Shown: in pieces, positions 29,150 through 38,514 of the stretch
How positions within the stretch are numbered: position 1 is the first letter of the stretch
Layout of the letters: every line of letters starts with the position of its first letter
DNA from: Sphingobium sp.
GTDB taxonomy: Bacteria; Pseudomonadota; Alphaproteobacteria; Sphingomonadales; Sphingomonadaceae
Length of the DNA stretch: 64,000 bases
Reading direction: 5' to 3'
NCBI GenBank assembly: GCA_044237945.1
Contig: JBIIEH010000001.1
Span: 116,782 to 180,781 of the forward strand
Position numbers and translations under genes: made by a program
Notes under the pieces: generated by a model
Databases searched by the model: none
What the model was told of the DNA's origin: nothing
Seen by the model: only the letters and a program-made list of their open reading frames with translations

Positions 29150-29791
29150 ATGGCGAAAGAGGCTTCAGGCGCAGCGACGCGCAACCGATGGCAGGGCGGG
29201 CGACTGCCCAAGGCGGAGGTCGACCAGCGCATCGAGCGGCTGCTGGAAATCGCACTGGAGGAATTTTCCCTGAACGGCTTCGACGGCACCAGCCTCGACC
29301 GGCTGGTCGAACGCTCCGGTGTCAGCAAGACAACGATCTACCGTCGCTTCGCCAACAAGGAGGGATTGTTCAAGACCCTGCTGGACCAGAGCATGGAGGC
29401 GACGCGCACGGGCCTGTGGGCGATAGAACTGGACCCGGCCGACCCGCTCGGCACGATCGAAGGCTTCGTCGCCACCTATGGCGAAGTCGCGGTATGCCAT
29501 CCGATGGGCCGCACCCTGCTGGAAATCGCCATCGCCGAGCGCCGCCGTTTCCCGCATCTCAGCTCCACGCTGCTCGCCAACGCCTATGAGGGGTTCAAGC
29601 CGATCAGCGACTATATCGCCGGCCTCATGGCGGAGGGCGCGCTCAGGCCCGGCGACCCGGACGAAGCAGCGCTCGACCTGCAATCGCTCATCACGCAGGG
29701 CTTTCGAGTCCTGGTTGACGACCTCGCCTTCGTCCGGCGTCCCGGCCGCCCGCGCGAAATCGCCGAGCGTTTCCTGCGCGGCTGGTCCTGA
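29150..29791 (+). CDS. TetR-family transcriptional regulator
   Basis: HTH TSLDRLVERSGVSKTTIYRRFANKEGLF. The ATG at 29150 is preferred over the non-ATG track start at 29120. Confidence 0.9.
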   Translation: MAKEASGAATRNRWQGGRLPKAEVDQRIERLLEIALEEFSLNGFDGTSLDRLVERSGVSKTTIYRRFANKEGLFKTLLDQSMEATRTGLWAIELDPADPLGTIEGFVATYGEVAVCHPMGRTLLEIAIAERRRFPHLSSTLLANAYEGFKPISDYIAGLMAEGALRPGDPDEAALDLQSLITQGFRVLVDDLAFVRRPGRPREIAERFLRGWS

Positions 29792-29793
29792 CG

Positions 29794-31974
29794 TCAGGCC
29801 GGGTGTGGCACTATCTGCACCGGAATGGCCCCCATGCGCGGCAGGCCGGTCACCGGATCATAGCCGTCCTCCACTGAAATCAGCCGCCCGGTATTGCCGC
29901 CCGTCCGCCGCACATCGTCCGATCCCGGATTGGCGCCGAACCCGTGCGCCATGGAAATCATGCCCGGCCGCAGGCTCGCTTCGGCCGCCACGATCGCGTC
30001 GATCTCGCCATGGGGCGAGCGGATCGTCACGCAGTCTCCTTCGGCTATGGCCAGCCGCGCCAGATCGCCCGGATGCATATGCGCCGGATTGACACCATCG
30101 CCCGCCAGCTTGCCGATCTGCCGCCCGAAGGAATTGAGGATATTGTTGGTCCGTCGCGGCAGCAGGCGGAAGGGATAGTCGGCCTCGACCGCGCGCCCAT
30201 CCTCCGCCAGCACTTCTCGTAACTCCGCCAGCATCGGCGCGGCGGCGAGTTCCAGCCGATCGTCATTGCCCTCCGCGCGGGGCAGTACGCGCTGCTCGCT
30301 CTCGAACACATGGCCATCGGGATATTGCTTCACCCGCTCCAGCGGGATGCGCGATCCCTCGCAGGACAAAGCGATCAGCTGATCCGTCGTCGGCTTGGGA
30401 CCGGCGGGATCGAGCGTGAAGGATCGCGGCGGCGCCTCCGCCTGCGGCCCGTTGCCATAGCGCATGGTGACGCCGATCCGCGTCCCCATCCGTTTCGCCA
30501 GCCCCCAGAAGAACTCCCAGTCCTCGATCACGTCGCTGCCCGCCGGCGGCTCGACCAGAGCCGGCGTATAGGCGGCATAGGGTTCGGGAAAGCCGCGCGT
30601 CGTGCCGTAATATTTGACGCTCTCTGGCATATAGGTCGTCATCGGCGTTTCCAGCGTCAGCCTGGGCGCAATCACATAATCGGACAACTCCGCCGTCGCC
30701 GTCATCTCGGTGTCCATCGTGACCAGCAGGTCAAGCGCGCTCAGCGCCGCGAATGCGCGGTTCTGGTCGGGCCACGCCATCATCGGATTGCCGCCCGCCA
30801 CGATCAGCGCCTTCACCTGTCCCTCGCCGGGCAGCAATATCTCGTCCGCCAGCGCCGCCGCCGACAGGCCGCTCGCGCATCCGCCAAGCCCCCGCACGCG
30901 CAGGCGCGGCTCGAACCCCCAGCCCTGGAACGGCGGCCATGGCTGCGCCCGCGCCTCATAGCCGGGCAACAGCACATTGGGCTTCGCCAGCAGCTCCCCT
31001 TCGCGCGCCCAATGGCCGCACAGGCTGGCGAGGCACAGCGCGAAATATTCGGTCAGCGTCGAATGGGTGGCGAAACTCGGCCCGGTGCCGCAACTGACCC
31101 CGGCATTGCGCGCGCCGGCGAAAATGCGCGCCGCCTCGACCAGATCGTCGGCCGATATCTCCGCCCGGCGCGCGACATAATCGGGCGTCAGCGGCTCCAC
31201 CGCCTCGCGCAAGGCGTCGATGCCCTGCGTATTCGCGGCCACGAAGTCCCGATCGTACAACTCCTCGGCCAATATGTGCCGGATCATGCCGCCCAATATC
31301 ACCGCATCCTCGCCGGGACGCGGCTGGATGTGGATATGCGCGCGCTTGGCGGTCTCGGTGACGCGCGGATCGATCACCACCAGCTTCGCCTGCGCGCCCT
31401 GCATGTCTTTCAGCACGCGGCCGGGATTCTGCCCCGGAAAGCCCGGCGATTTGCTGATCACCGGATTGATGCCGACCAGCAGCCAGGCGTCGGCGGTGGA
31501 GAAGGACGGCTGCCCGGCCTGCCAGTTGCCGTGATGCGCCAGCGCGATCAGGATGCCGGGCTTGTCGATCGACCCGGCGGTGAAGAACATCGGCGATCCG
31601 ATACCGTTCAGCCAGCCCCCCGCAACCGCCGTCGATGCCGCAAACGGCACCAGCCCCATGCCGACATACAGCGCGACCGATCGCGGGCCGTGCGCCGCGA
31701 TGATCGCCTCCAGCTTCGCGGCGATCTCGTCCATCGCCTGTTCCGACGCGATCGGCGCAAAGCCATTGTCGCCGCGCTTCAGGCTCCGCAGCAATCGCTG
31801 CTCGCCATAATGCTGCTCAGGAAGCGCGCGCCCCTTGGGGCAGCTATAGCCCCCGAACAGCGGCGCGCGCGGATTGCCGGCGATCTTCGTCGCGCGCCCG
31901 TCTTCCACCGTCACCTGGATCGGGCAATAGGCGGTACACAGCCGGCAGATGCTCGGATGGACCTGCGCGCCCAT
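29794..31974 (-). CDS. molybdopterin oxidoreductase (MopB superfamily), stand-alone, no signal or TAT peptide
   Basis: N-terminal 4Fe-4S motif C-x2-C-x3-C...C (SICRLCTAYCPIQV...YSCPKG). 726 aa with molybdopterin-binding-like segments. Confidence 0.85.
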   Translation of the reverse strand: MGAQVHPSICRLCTAYCPIQVTVEDGRATKIAGNPRAPLFGGYSCPKGRALPEQHYGEQRLLRSLKRGDNGFAPIASEQAMDEIAAKLEAIIAAHGPRSVALYVGMGLVPFAASTAVAGGWLNGIGSPMFFTAGSIDKPGILIALAHHGNWQAGQPSFSTADAWLLVGINPVISKSPGFPGQNPGRVLKDMQGAQAKLVVIDPRVTETAKRAHIHIQPRPGEDAVILGGMIRHILAEELYDRDFVAANTQGIDALREAVEPLTPDYVARRAEISADDLVEAARIFAGARNAGVSCGTGPSFATHSTLTEYFALCLASLCGHWAREGELLAKPNVLLPGYEARAQPWPPFQGWGFEPRLRVRGLGGCASGLSAAALADEILLPGEGQVKALIVAGGNPMMAWPDQNRAFAALSALDLLVTMDTEMTATAELSDYVIAPRLTLETPMTTYMPESVKYYGTTRGFPEPYAAYTPALVEPPAGSDVIEDWEFFWGLAKRMGTRIGVTMRYGNGPQAEAPPRSFTLDPAGPKPTTDQLIALSCEGSRIPLERVKQYPDGHVFESEQRVLPRAEGNDDRLELAAAPMLAELREVLAEDGRAVEADYPFRLLPRRTNNILNSFGRQIGKLAGDGVNPAHMHPGDLARLAIAEGDCVTIRSPHGEIDAIVAAEASLRPGMISMAHGFGANPGSDDVRRTGGNTGRLISVEDGYDPVTGLPRMGAIPVQIVPHPA

Positions 31975-31977
31975 GCC

Positions 31978-32913
31978 TCAGGCCGCGACCATGTCCGCAG
32001 CCGGCACCAGCCGCCGCCCCAGGCCATAGTCGCCCGCGATCGTCGTGCGCTGCATGATCCGCACCTCGTCCGGCGGCGCGCCTGACACCGAATGCGCCAT
32101 GCGCCAATTGTCCCACAGCAGCATCTCGCTCGCCTGCCAGCGGTGGTGATAGGCGGGGCAGGACAGCAGATGATCGACCAGCCGCCGCAGCAGGGCATGG
32201 CCCGCCTCGTCATCGCGGCCCAATATGTGCAGCGCTCCGAAGGGCGAGATGTTGAGCACCTTGCGCCCCGTCTCGGGCTGCACGAACACCGCAGGATGCA
32301 CCACCGGCGGATAGTCGCTGTCGAGCTTGGGCGCGACCGACCGCTCGAACGCGCTGGTGCGGATCGTGCGCACCGTGCTGCGCGTGCCGTACCGCGACCC
32401 GCCCGGATTGACGCACAGCTGATAGACGATCTCCAGCCCCTCGGCCGCGTCCTTCAGATCGTCGGGCAGCCGGTCATATGCCTGGATCTGATCGATGAAC
32501 CCGGTCTCGCCACCCCAGCTGGTCAGCGTCCGCGCGGTCAGCACGCCGCCATGGTTGATCCGCTCCACGAACACCAGGTCCGAATGCCAGGGCAGGAACG
32601 CGACCGACTCCACGCCGTCCACTTCGAACAGCCCCTCCTTGTCCTGATCGGACACCAGGGTGATCAACTCGGCATGATCCGCGTCGCGCAGTTCCGGTAT
32701 CGGATGCACCTCCAGCGGCCCGAACAGTGCGCTCAGCGCAATCTGGAACGCGGGCGTCACCTCGCTGCCGCGAAACACGACCAGCCCGTCCTGTATCCAC
32801 AGGTCCCGCAACTGGTCGCGCACCTGCGCGCTGTCGAGATCAGCGGGGGTCAGCCCCGTCACCACGCTGCCAAAGCCCAGCCCCGGTTCCAGGGCATCGA
32901 TCGTAAAAGCCAT
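31978..32913 (-). CDS. TauD/TfdA-family Fe(II)/2-oxoglutarate dioxygenase
   Basis: HxD facial-triad motif LPWHSDLVF and distal WDNWRMAHS. Confidence 0.88.
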   Translation of the reverse strand: MAFTIDALEPGLGFGSVVTGLTPADLDSAQVRDQLRDLWIQDGLVVFRGSEVTPAFQIALSALFGPLEVHPIPELRDADHAELITLVSDQDKEGLFEVDGVESVAFLPWHSDLVFVERINHGGVLTARTLTSWGGETGFIDQIQAYDRLPDDLKDAAEGLEIVYQLCVNPGGSRYGTRSTVRTIRTSAFERSVAPKLDSDYPPVVHPAVFVQPETGRKVLNISPFGALHILGRDDEAGHALLRRLVDHLLSCPAYHHRWQASEMLLWDNWRMAHSVSGAPPDEVRIMQRTTIAGDYGLGRRLVPAADMVAA

Positions 32914-32928
32914 GCCGCGTTCCTTCCG

Positions 32929-33897
32929 TCAGTCCACCAGCCGCTTGACCTGCCGGTCGCGGTCCAGCGCCGGATCGAGATAGCGCCCGACCTTGTAGTC
33001 CCCGGCGATCGTGGTGCGCCGCGCCGAGCGCGCGCAGTCCAGCGGCACGCCGTTCGCCGAATGCACAATCCGCCAGTTGTCCCACACCACCATGTCGTTT
33101 TCCCGCCAGTCGTGGAAATAGGCGAAGGCCGGGTCGCCCAGATGCGCGGCGATCTCCGTCAGCAGCGCGTCGCTCTCCGCCTTGTCCATGCCCAGCACAT
33201 AGCGCGCATGCATGGGCGACAGCTTCAGCACCTTGCGCCCGGTTTCCCGCTGCGTGATGACCAGCGGATGGACCACCGGCGGGAAGTTGTACTGCGCGCC
33301 CGGCTTCACCGTCGCGCCAAAGTCCAGCCGCTCGATATCGGTCGGAAAGCCGAACTGCCCCGAACAGAAATCGGGGTTGAATTCATAGACCACTTCCAGC
33401 TCCGCGATCCGCGCCTTCATCGCCTCGGGCAGGCGGTCATAGGCCTGGATCGCGTCGATGAAGCCGGTCTCGCCCATCGTCCGCGCCGGATGCGTCATGC
33501 GCAGCACAGCACCCCGCACGATCGTCGGCATGAAGCTCTGGTCCCAGTGCCAGCCGAGCCAGCCCGCGCGGTCGATTCCGCCGACCCGATAAAAGGGGTT
33601 GGGCCGCGCGTTCGGCGCCTCCGGGTCATAGGCCAATGTCATCATATAGGCATTGACCGGATCGTTGAGGTCGGCCGTCGCCGCCGGCTCCATCTCGCCG
33701 AACACGGTGCTCAACCGCATTTGCGCCGCATCGTCGTTGCGCAGGTCACGAAACAGCAGGATGCCATGCTCGATCCAGGCATCATGGATCGCCCGCCGCG
33801 TGCCCTCGTCCAGCTCGCGGGTCAGGTCAGCGCCGATGATCTCGGCACCGAAGGGTGCGTCGAGCGGACGGGTTTCGATGGTGTCGGTGGTCAGCAT
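32929..33897 (-). CDS. TauD/TfdA-family Fe(II)/2-oxoglutarate dioxygenase (paralog)
   Basis: LGWHWDQSF (HxD) and WDNWRIVHSA. Overlaps the upstream gene by 7 nt. Confidence 0.88.
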   Translation of the reverse strand: MLTTDTIETRPLDAPFGAEIIGADLTRELDEGTRRAIHDAWIEHGILLFRDLRNDDAAQMRLSTVFGEMEPAATADLNDPVNAYMMTLAYDPEAPNARPNPFYRVGGIDRAGWLGWHWDQSFMPTIVRGAVLRMTHPARTMGETGFIDAIQAYDRLPEAMKARIAELEVVYEFNPDFCSGQFGFPTDIERLDFGATVKPGAQYNFPPVVHPLVITQRETGRKVLKLSPMHARYVLGMDKAESDALLTEIAAHLGDPAFAYFHDWRENDMVVWDNWRIVHSANGVPLDCARSARRTTIAGDYKVGRYLDPALDRDRQVKRLVD

Positions 33898-35879
33898 GCG
33901 ATCGGCTCCGGCTGGAGGATGAGGCGGTGCAGGTCCTGCACCGCGCGATAGGCGTCCCGCACTGCCTCGCCGATCCGCGCAACCTGCGCGGCGTCGCCGA
34001 TGCGGATCATCGGAATATCAAGTCCGGCCAGCGCGTCCGGCAGCTCGGTATTCGGCACCAGCCCATGCGCCAGCAGCACGGCGGCGGCCGGCTGCTCCAC
34101 CAGCGTCTCGCCCTGTTTCAGCGTCACATGCTCGCCGTCGATCGCGTGCAGCACTGTATTGTCCAGGATGCGGATCGCCTTATTGCCATGCAGCCGCTCC
34201 AGCAGCGCAATCCGGTACAGCGCCTCGGCATTGCGGGCCAGGAACCGCGCGTCCGACCGCGTGACCAGCAGCACATGATGCCCGCCCTTGGCCAGGAACT
34301 CGGCCGTCTCCGTCCCGGTCTCGCCGCCGCCATAGATCACGATCGGCCGCTCGGGCGAGGAGGGCGGCACGCTCGTCTCCTCGATCAGCACTTCATAAGC
34401 CGGCGCGGTGGGCAGATTGCCCCAGGCCGCCAGCTCCAGCGGCGCAGGCCGCGACCCGCCCGCCAGTATCACCACATCGGGCAGTTCCGCCTCGATCATC
34501 TCGCGCGTCGCCATCGTGCCGGTCTTCACCGTCACATTGCTCCGCTCGATGCGCCCCAGCAGGAACTTGTGATACCAGAACAGCTTGTCCTTGCCCGGCG
34601 GCACCGCCGAGGTGATCAGGTTGCCACCCAGCCGCTGCCGCTTTTCATACAGGGTCACCGCGAACCCCGCCTGATCCAGCAGCAGCGCCGCCGCCATCCC
34701 GCCCGGCCCGGCGCCCACCACCGTCGCCTTCAGCCCATCGGCGAACCGCACCAGCGGCGCTTCCGTCTCATGCCCGCAGCGCGGATTTTCCGCGCAAGCG
34801 ACCGACCGGCTCTGCGCCAGTTCGCGAATGCACCAGTTGCAGGACGTGCAGGGCCGGATGTCCTCGGCATGTCCCCGCTGCGCCTTCATCGGCCATAGCG
34901 GATCGGCCAGCAGCGCCCGGCCCAGCGACACGATGTCGGTATCGCCATCGATCACCGCCTGCTCGCATTTGTCGGGCCAGCGCATCACGCCCGCCGTGAT
35001 CACCGGCTTGCCTGTCGCTTCGCGGATGCGCCGCGCATAGGGTAGGCGATCACCTTCCTCGACCGACATCGGCTCCAGGATCAGGTGCGCGCTCTCCAGA
35101 AAACCCCAACTGATGTCGATCGCGTCCACCCCCGCCGCCGTCAGCCGCGGCGCGATGACCTCGCTGTCCTCGATGGTGATGCCGCCCTCGACCCCGTCGA
35201 CCACCGACATGCGATACAGCAGCGGCTTCTCGCCGATCTGCGCCTTCACCGCCTTGATCACCTCGGTCGGAAAACGCAGCCGCCGTTCGAAATCGCCGCC
35301 CCATTCGTCTTGTCGAAAATTCATGATCGGCGACAGGAACTGCTGGATCAGATAGCCATGCGCGCCGTGCAGCATCACCCCGTCATAGCCCGCCAGCATC
35401 GCCAGCCGCGCCGTGTTCGCATAGCGCCCGATGATGTGGCGAACCTCCGCATCCTCCAGCGCGCGCGGCGTGCCGTTCATATAGATGCTGTTGAGCGGGA
35501 TCGGGCTGGAGGAGACCGGCGTGCGGCCGATGATGCTCTCCTTGGTCTGCCGCCCGGCGTGCGAGATCTGGATCACCGCCTTGGCGCCCGCCGCATGGAT
35601 CGCCGCGACCAGCCGCGCATGCCCCGCCTTGAACCGCTCATTGTCCAGCCGCAGTTGCGGCACGTTGGAACTGAAGCCGGTTTCGCTGTCGACGCACACG
35701 AATTCGGTGATGACCAGGCCCGTGCCGCCGCGTGCGCGCTCGCGATAATATTCGATGATCGCTTCGTTCACGGCCCCGTCCGGTTCCCCCAGATGGGTCT
35801 CCATCGGCGCCATGGCGATGCGGTTCTTCAGCCGCATATTGCCGATCTGAAACGGCTCGAACAGGCGCGGATAGGCCAT
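33891..35879 (-). CDS. FMN/Fe-S/FAD flavoprotein of the 2,4-dienoyl-CoA reductase / trimethylamine-dehydrogenase family
   Basis: OYE-like N-terminus FEPFQIGNMRLKNRIAMAPM, Cys cluster CTSCNWC...C, downstream Rossmann motif VVGAGPGGMAAA. 662 aa. Confidence 0.88.
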   Translation of the reverse strand: MAYPRLFEPFQIGNMRLKNRIAMAPMETHLGEPDGAVNEAIIEYYRERARGGTGLVITEFVCVDSETGFSSNVPQLRLDNERFKAGHARLVAAIHAAGAKAVIQISHAGRQTKESIIGRTPVSSSPIPLNSIYMNGTPRALEDAEVRHIIGRYANTARLAMLAGYDGVMLHGAHGYLIQQFLSPIMNFRQDEWGGDFERRLRFPTEVIKAVKAQIGEKPLLYRMSVVDGVEGGITIEDSEVIAPRLTAAGVDAIDISWGFLESAHLILEPMSVEEGDRLPYARRIREATGKPVITAGVMRWPDKCEQAVIDGDTDIVSLGRALLADPLWPMKAQRGHAEDIRPCTSCNWCIRELAQSRSVACAENPRCGHETEAPLVRFADGLKATVVGAGPGGMAAALLLDQAGFAVTLYEKRQRLGGNLITSAVPPGKDKLFWYHKFLLGRIERSNVTVKTGTMATREMIEAELPDVVILAGGSRPAPLELAAWGNLPTAPAYEVLIEETSVPPSSPERPIVIYGGGETGTETAEFLAKGGHHVLLVTRSDARFLARNAEALYRIALLERLHGNKAIRILDNTVLHAIDGEHVTLKQGETLVEQPAAAVLLAHGLVPNTELPDALAGLDIPMIRIGDAAQVARIGEAVRDAYRAVQDLHRLILQPEPIAC

Positions 35880-35929
35880 GGATCCTCTCTCTTTCGATGT
35901 TGATCCCTGGATAGCACCCCATTCTCACG

Positions 35930-35961
35930 GGATAATCATCGGATTGCGATAGCCATTATCC
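35930..35961. promoter_or_regulatory. inverted repeat GGATAAT-N18-ATTATCC in the LysR/operon divergent region
   Basis: 7-bp arms in the 99-bp divergent intergenic region. It contains an ATC-N10-GAT LysR-like core. Confidence 0.35.
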
Positions 35962-35978
35962 GCTGATACAGCAGGATC

Positions 35979-36881
35979 ATGGACAGGATGACCGGCCTCG
36001 AAGTCTTTGTCGCGATCGTCGACAGCGGCGGCTTCGGCCGCGCGGCCGAACGCCTGGGCCTGTCGCCGACGATGGTGTCGGCCCATCTCGCCCGGCTGGA
36101 GGATCGCCTCGGCAGCCGCCTCATCCACCGCACCACCCGCCGCTTCGCGCTGACCCCGCAGGGCCATCTCTTCCTGGAGGAGGCGCGCGACATATTGCAC
36201 GCGCTGGCCCAGGCGGAGGGCCGCATCCGCCGCAGCGAAGCCGCAGGCCCCAGCGGCCGCGTCGCCATCGATGCGCCCGGCGCCACCGGCTTGCGCTTCG
36301 TGCTGCCCGCCATACCGGCCCTGCGCGCCGAACATCCCGGCATCCTGCTGGACCTGAGCGTCGGCGACCGCAGCATGACCCTGCGGCCGGACAGTTTCGA
36401 CCTGCTGATCCGCGTCGGCGCGCCGGTGGAGGGCAGGGGAGAAGTCATCCGCCTCGGCCAGACCCGCTATGTCCAGGTCGCCTCGCCCGATTATCTCGAC
36501 CGGCGAGGCGAACCCGCGACGCCGGACGACCTCCACGACCATGACTGCATCCTGTTCGCCACGGCCGATCGCCCGGTCGGCCAGTGGCGCTTCGCCCGCG
36601 ACGGCGAAAGGCGCTCGCTCCGCCCCGCCAGCATCGCCAGCTTCAACCATGGCGACGCCATCGCCATGGCCGCCGCCGCCGGGGTCGGCATCGCCCAGAC
36701 ACTGGAGATGATCGTCAGGCCCGAACTCGCCGCCGGCACGCTGCGCCCGGTCCTGACCGACTGGAACCGCGACCCGGTCGATATCCAGCTCTTCCTGCCC
36801 CACGACCGCCGCCAGCGCCCCGCCGTCCGCGCCGTCGCCGAATTCCTGCGCACCCGCATCGACTGGCAGGGTGCAGCGTGA
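35979..36881 (+). CDS. LysR-family transcriptional regulator
   Basis: MDRMTGLEVFVAIVDSGGFGRAAERLGLSPTMVSAHLARLEDRLGSRLIHRTTRRF. Confidence 0.9.
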   Translation: MDRMTGLEVFVAIVDSGGFGRAAERLGLSPTMVSAHLARLEDRLGSRLIHRTTRRFALTPQGHLFLEEARDILHALAQAEGRIRRSEAAGPSGRVAIDAPGATGLRFVLPAIPALRAEHPGILLDLSVGDRSMTLRPDSFDLLIRVGAPVEGRGEVIRLGQTRYVQVASPDYLDRRGEPATPDDLHDHDCILFATADRPVGQWRFARDGERRSLRPASIASFNHGDAIAMAAAAGVGIAQTLEMIVRPELAAGTLRPVLTDWNRDPVDIQLFLPHDRRQRPAVRAVAEFLRTRIDWQGAA

Positions 36882-36999
36882 ATTTGGGCATTCGGATTGG
36901 AAAATGATCCGCCCGCCCTCGTTCGAGGCCGCGGGGGCAAATTCGGGCATATCGAACCGACGATTTGTTGTCGGCAACAACCTAATCTATGACACTCTG

Positions 37000-37497
37000 A
37001 TGCGGACGCTCAAATGCTATTCTGTAACCTTCGCGGTGATGCTCAGCGTTCCAGCAAATGCCGACACAGTCCCGTCGTCCTGTGCAGGGTTTACCCCAGG
37101 CGCATCAACGTTGGACGTCGATACATATTATGCCGTGCGCGCCGCTGACATCGTCGCAGCAGGTATGAAGGGTAACGTTGAAGCACTCAAGAATTGGGTA
37201 TCGTCTGGAGCGAATTACGAAATCTGGAATGGCGACGCCACCTTTGCTTCGCGCCAGCGCGGCGTCACCGGATCTTTGGAAATGGCTAAGGCGCTAAAGG
37301 CTACGCGCTTTCAATCTGTGGCCGCCATTCCCAGTCCAGTAACCATTTCACCAATTAAATGTACATGGAAAACTACTGTCCTGTTTCGAGATGGCGAGAT
37401 CAACAAAGGGGTTCTAATGGATCTCGACTTCGCAGATGGGCTACTGGTGCAGGCAAAGGGGAAAACGGTCTTTATATTCGAGGGCGTCATCCAATAA
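37000..37497 (+). CDS. hypothetical secreted protein, low-GC orphan
   Basis: MRTLKCYSVTFAVMLSVPANA is a signal peptide. A/T-ending codons and visibly lower GC than all neighbours. I recognised no motif. Confidence 0.55.
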   Translation: MRTLKCYSVTFAVMLSVPANADTVPSSCAGFTPGASTLDVDTYYAVRAADIVAAGMKGNVEALKNWVSSGANYEIWNGDATFASRQRGVTGSLEMAKALKATRFQSVAAIPSPVTISPIKCTWKTTVLFRDGEINKGVLMDLDFADGLLVQAKGKTVFIFEGVIQ

Positions 37498-37576
37498 CTG
37501 TAAATGTTCGCTCAAAAGCTGCCAGTCCAGCAAGCCACCGCTTCTCGCAACGCCCAAACCGCCTCCCGACCCCCCC

Positions 37577-38422
37577 TCAACGCGGCGCAGCCTGCGCGAT
37601 CAGGTCGATCACCAGTAACGCCGCCGGCGACAGCGTCCGCCGCGCCAGCGACGCCACAGCGATGTCGGAATGCTGCACGATCGACGGCCCATCCAGCACC
37701 GCAAAGCGGTCATCCGCCATCGCCTCGGCCGTGACCCAGATCGCGTCGCTCGCCAGCGCCACGGCCTTGGCGATCTCGAAATTGTCGCAGGCGATCGTCG
37801 TGGCATAGCGGCCGGTCGGGTCGGGAGCCGGCCCGGTGCCGCCCAGAATCGGGAAGCCAGCGGTCTCCTCATCCGTCACCCGCCGCCCCGCCAGCGGATG
37901 GCCCCGCCGCACCAGCCCGCCTATCCGTACCCGCGCGATACGGCGCAGCGTCAGCCCCGGCCGATCCTCCACCAGTGGCAGCGCCAGCAGCGCGAAATCC
38001 AGGTCGCCCTCCTGCAAGCGCGCCAACAGGTCGACGACATCGCCCAGCCGCGTCCGCATCCGCAGCGTGGCATGGTCCCGCGCAATCCGCGCCAGCACCG
38101 GCTCCAGCACCAAAGTCGCCGCCATCGGCCCGAAGCCGCAATAGACCTCTCCAATTGCGCGGTCGGTCAGCAGCGCCATGTTGCGCTCGAGATGGTCCAT
38201 CTGCCGCAGCACCGCCTGCGCCTCCTCGACGAAGCGCTCGCCCGCCCGCGTCAGCCGCACGCCGTCGCGCCCCCGATCGAACAGCCGCAGGTCCAGTTCC
38301 GCCTCCGTCGCCTGAACGCTCCGGGTCAGCGCCGATTGCGTCAGCCCCAGCCGGTCGGCAGCCCGCCCGAAATGCGCCTCGCGCGCCAGGGTCGTGACAT
38401 GTTGCAGCTTGCGGATATCCAT
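37577..38422 (-). CDS. LysR-family transcriptional regulator
   Basis: MDIRKLQHVTTLAREAHFGRAADRLGLTQSALTRSVQATEAELDLRLFDRGRDGV. Confidence 0.9.
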   Translation of the reverse strand: MDIRKLQHVTTLAREAHFGRAADRLGLTQSALTRSVQATEAELDLRLFDRGRDGVRLTRAGERFVEEAQAVLRQMDHLERNMALLTDRAIGEVYCGFGPMAATLVLEPVLARIARDHATLRMRTRLGDVVDLLARLQEGDLDFALLALPLVEDRPGLTLRRIARVRIGGLVRRGHPLAGRRVTDEETAGFPILGGTGPAPDPTGRYATTIACDNFEIAKAVALASDAIWVTAEAMADDRFAVLDGPSIVQHSDIAVASLARRTLSPAALLVIDLIAQAAPR

Positions 38423-38431
38423 GTGCCATAC

Positions 38432-38455
38432 TCATTGAAATCGCCACTTCAATGA
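38432..38455. promoter_or_regulatory. perfect 8-bp inverted repeat, LysR-box-like (T-N11-A core)
   Basis: TCATTGAA-atcgccac-TTCAATGA, 10 bp from the LysR start codon and 60 bp upstream of the hydroxylase gene. Confidence 0.6.
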
Positions 38456-38514
38456 ATTGGATGCGCATCGAGCGCCAGCCCTAACATCAACACGAAAATT
38501 CAGGGGAGAGGCAT

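Noticed and set aside
30310-33951. Plus-strand ORFs 30310..32085 (591 aa) and 32092..33951 (619 aa) opposite the molybdoenzyme and TauD genes
   Set aside because: Shadow ORFs with Arg/His/Pro/Gln-rich nonsense-like translations. The minus-strand genes carry Fe-S, HxD and other motifs.
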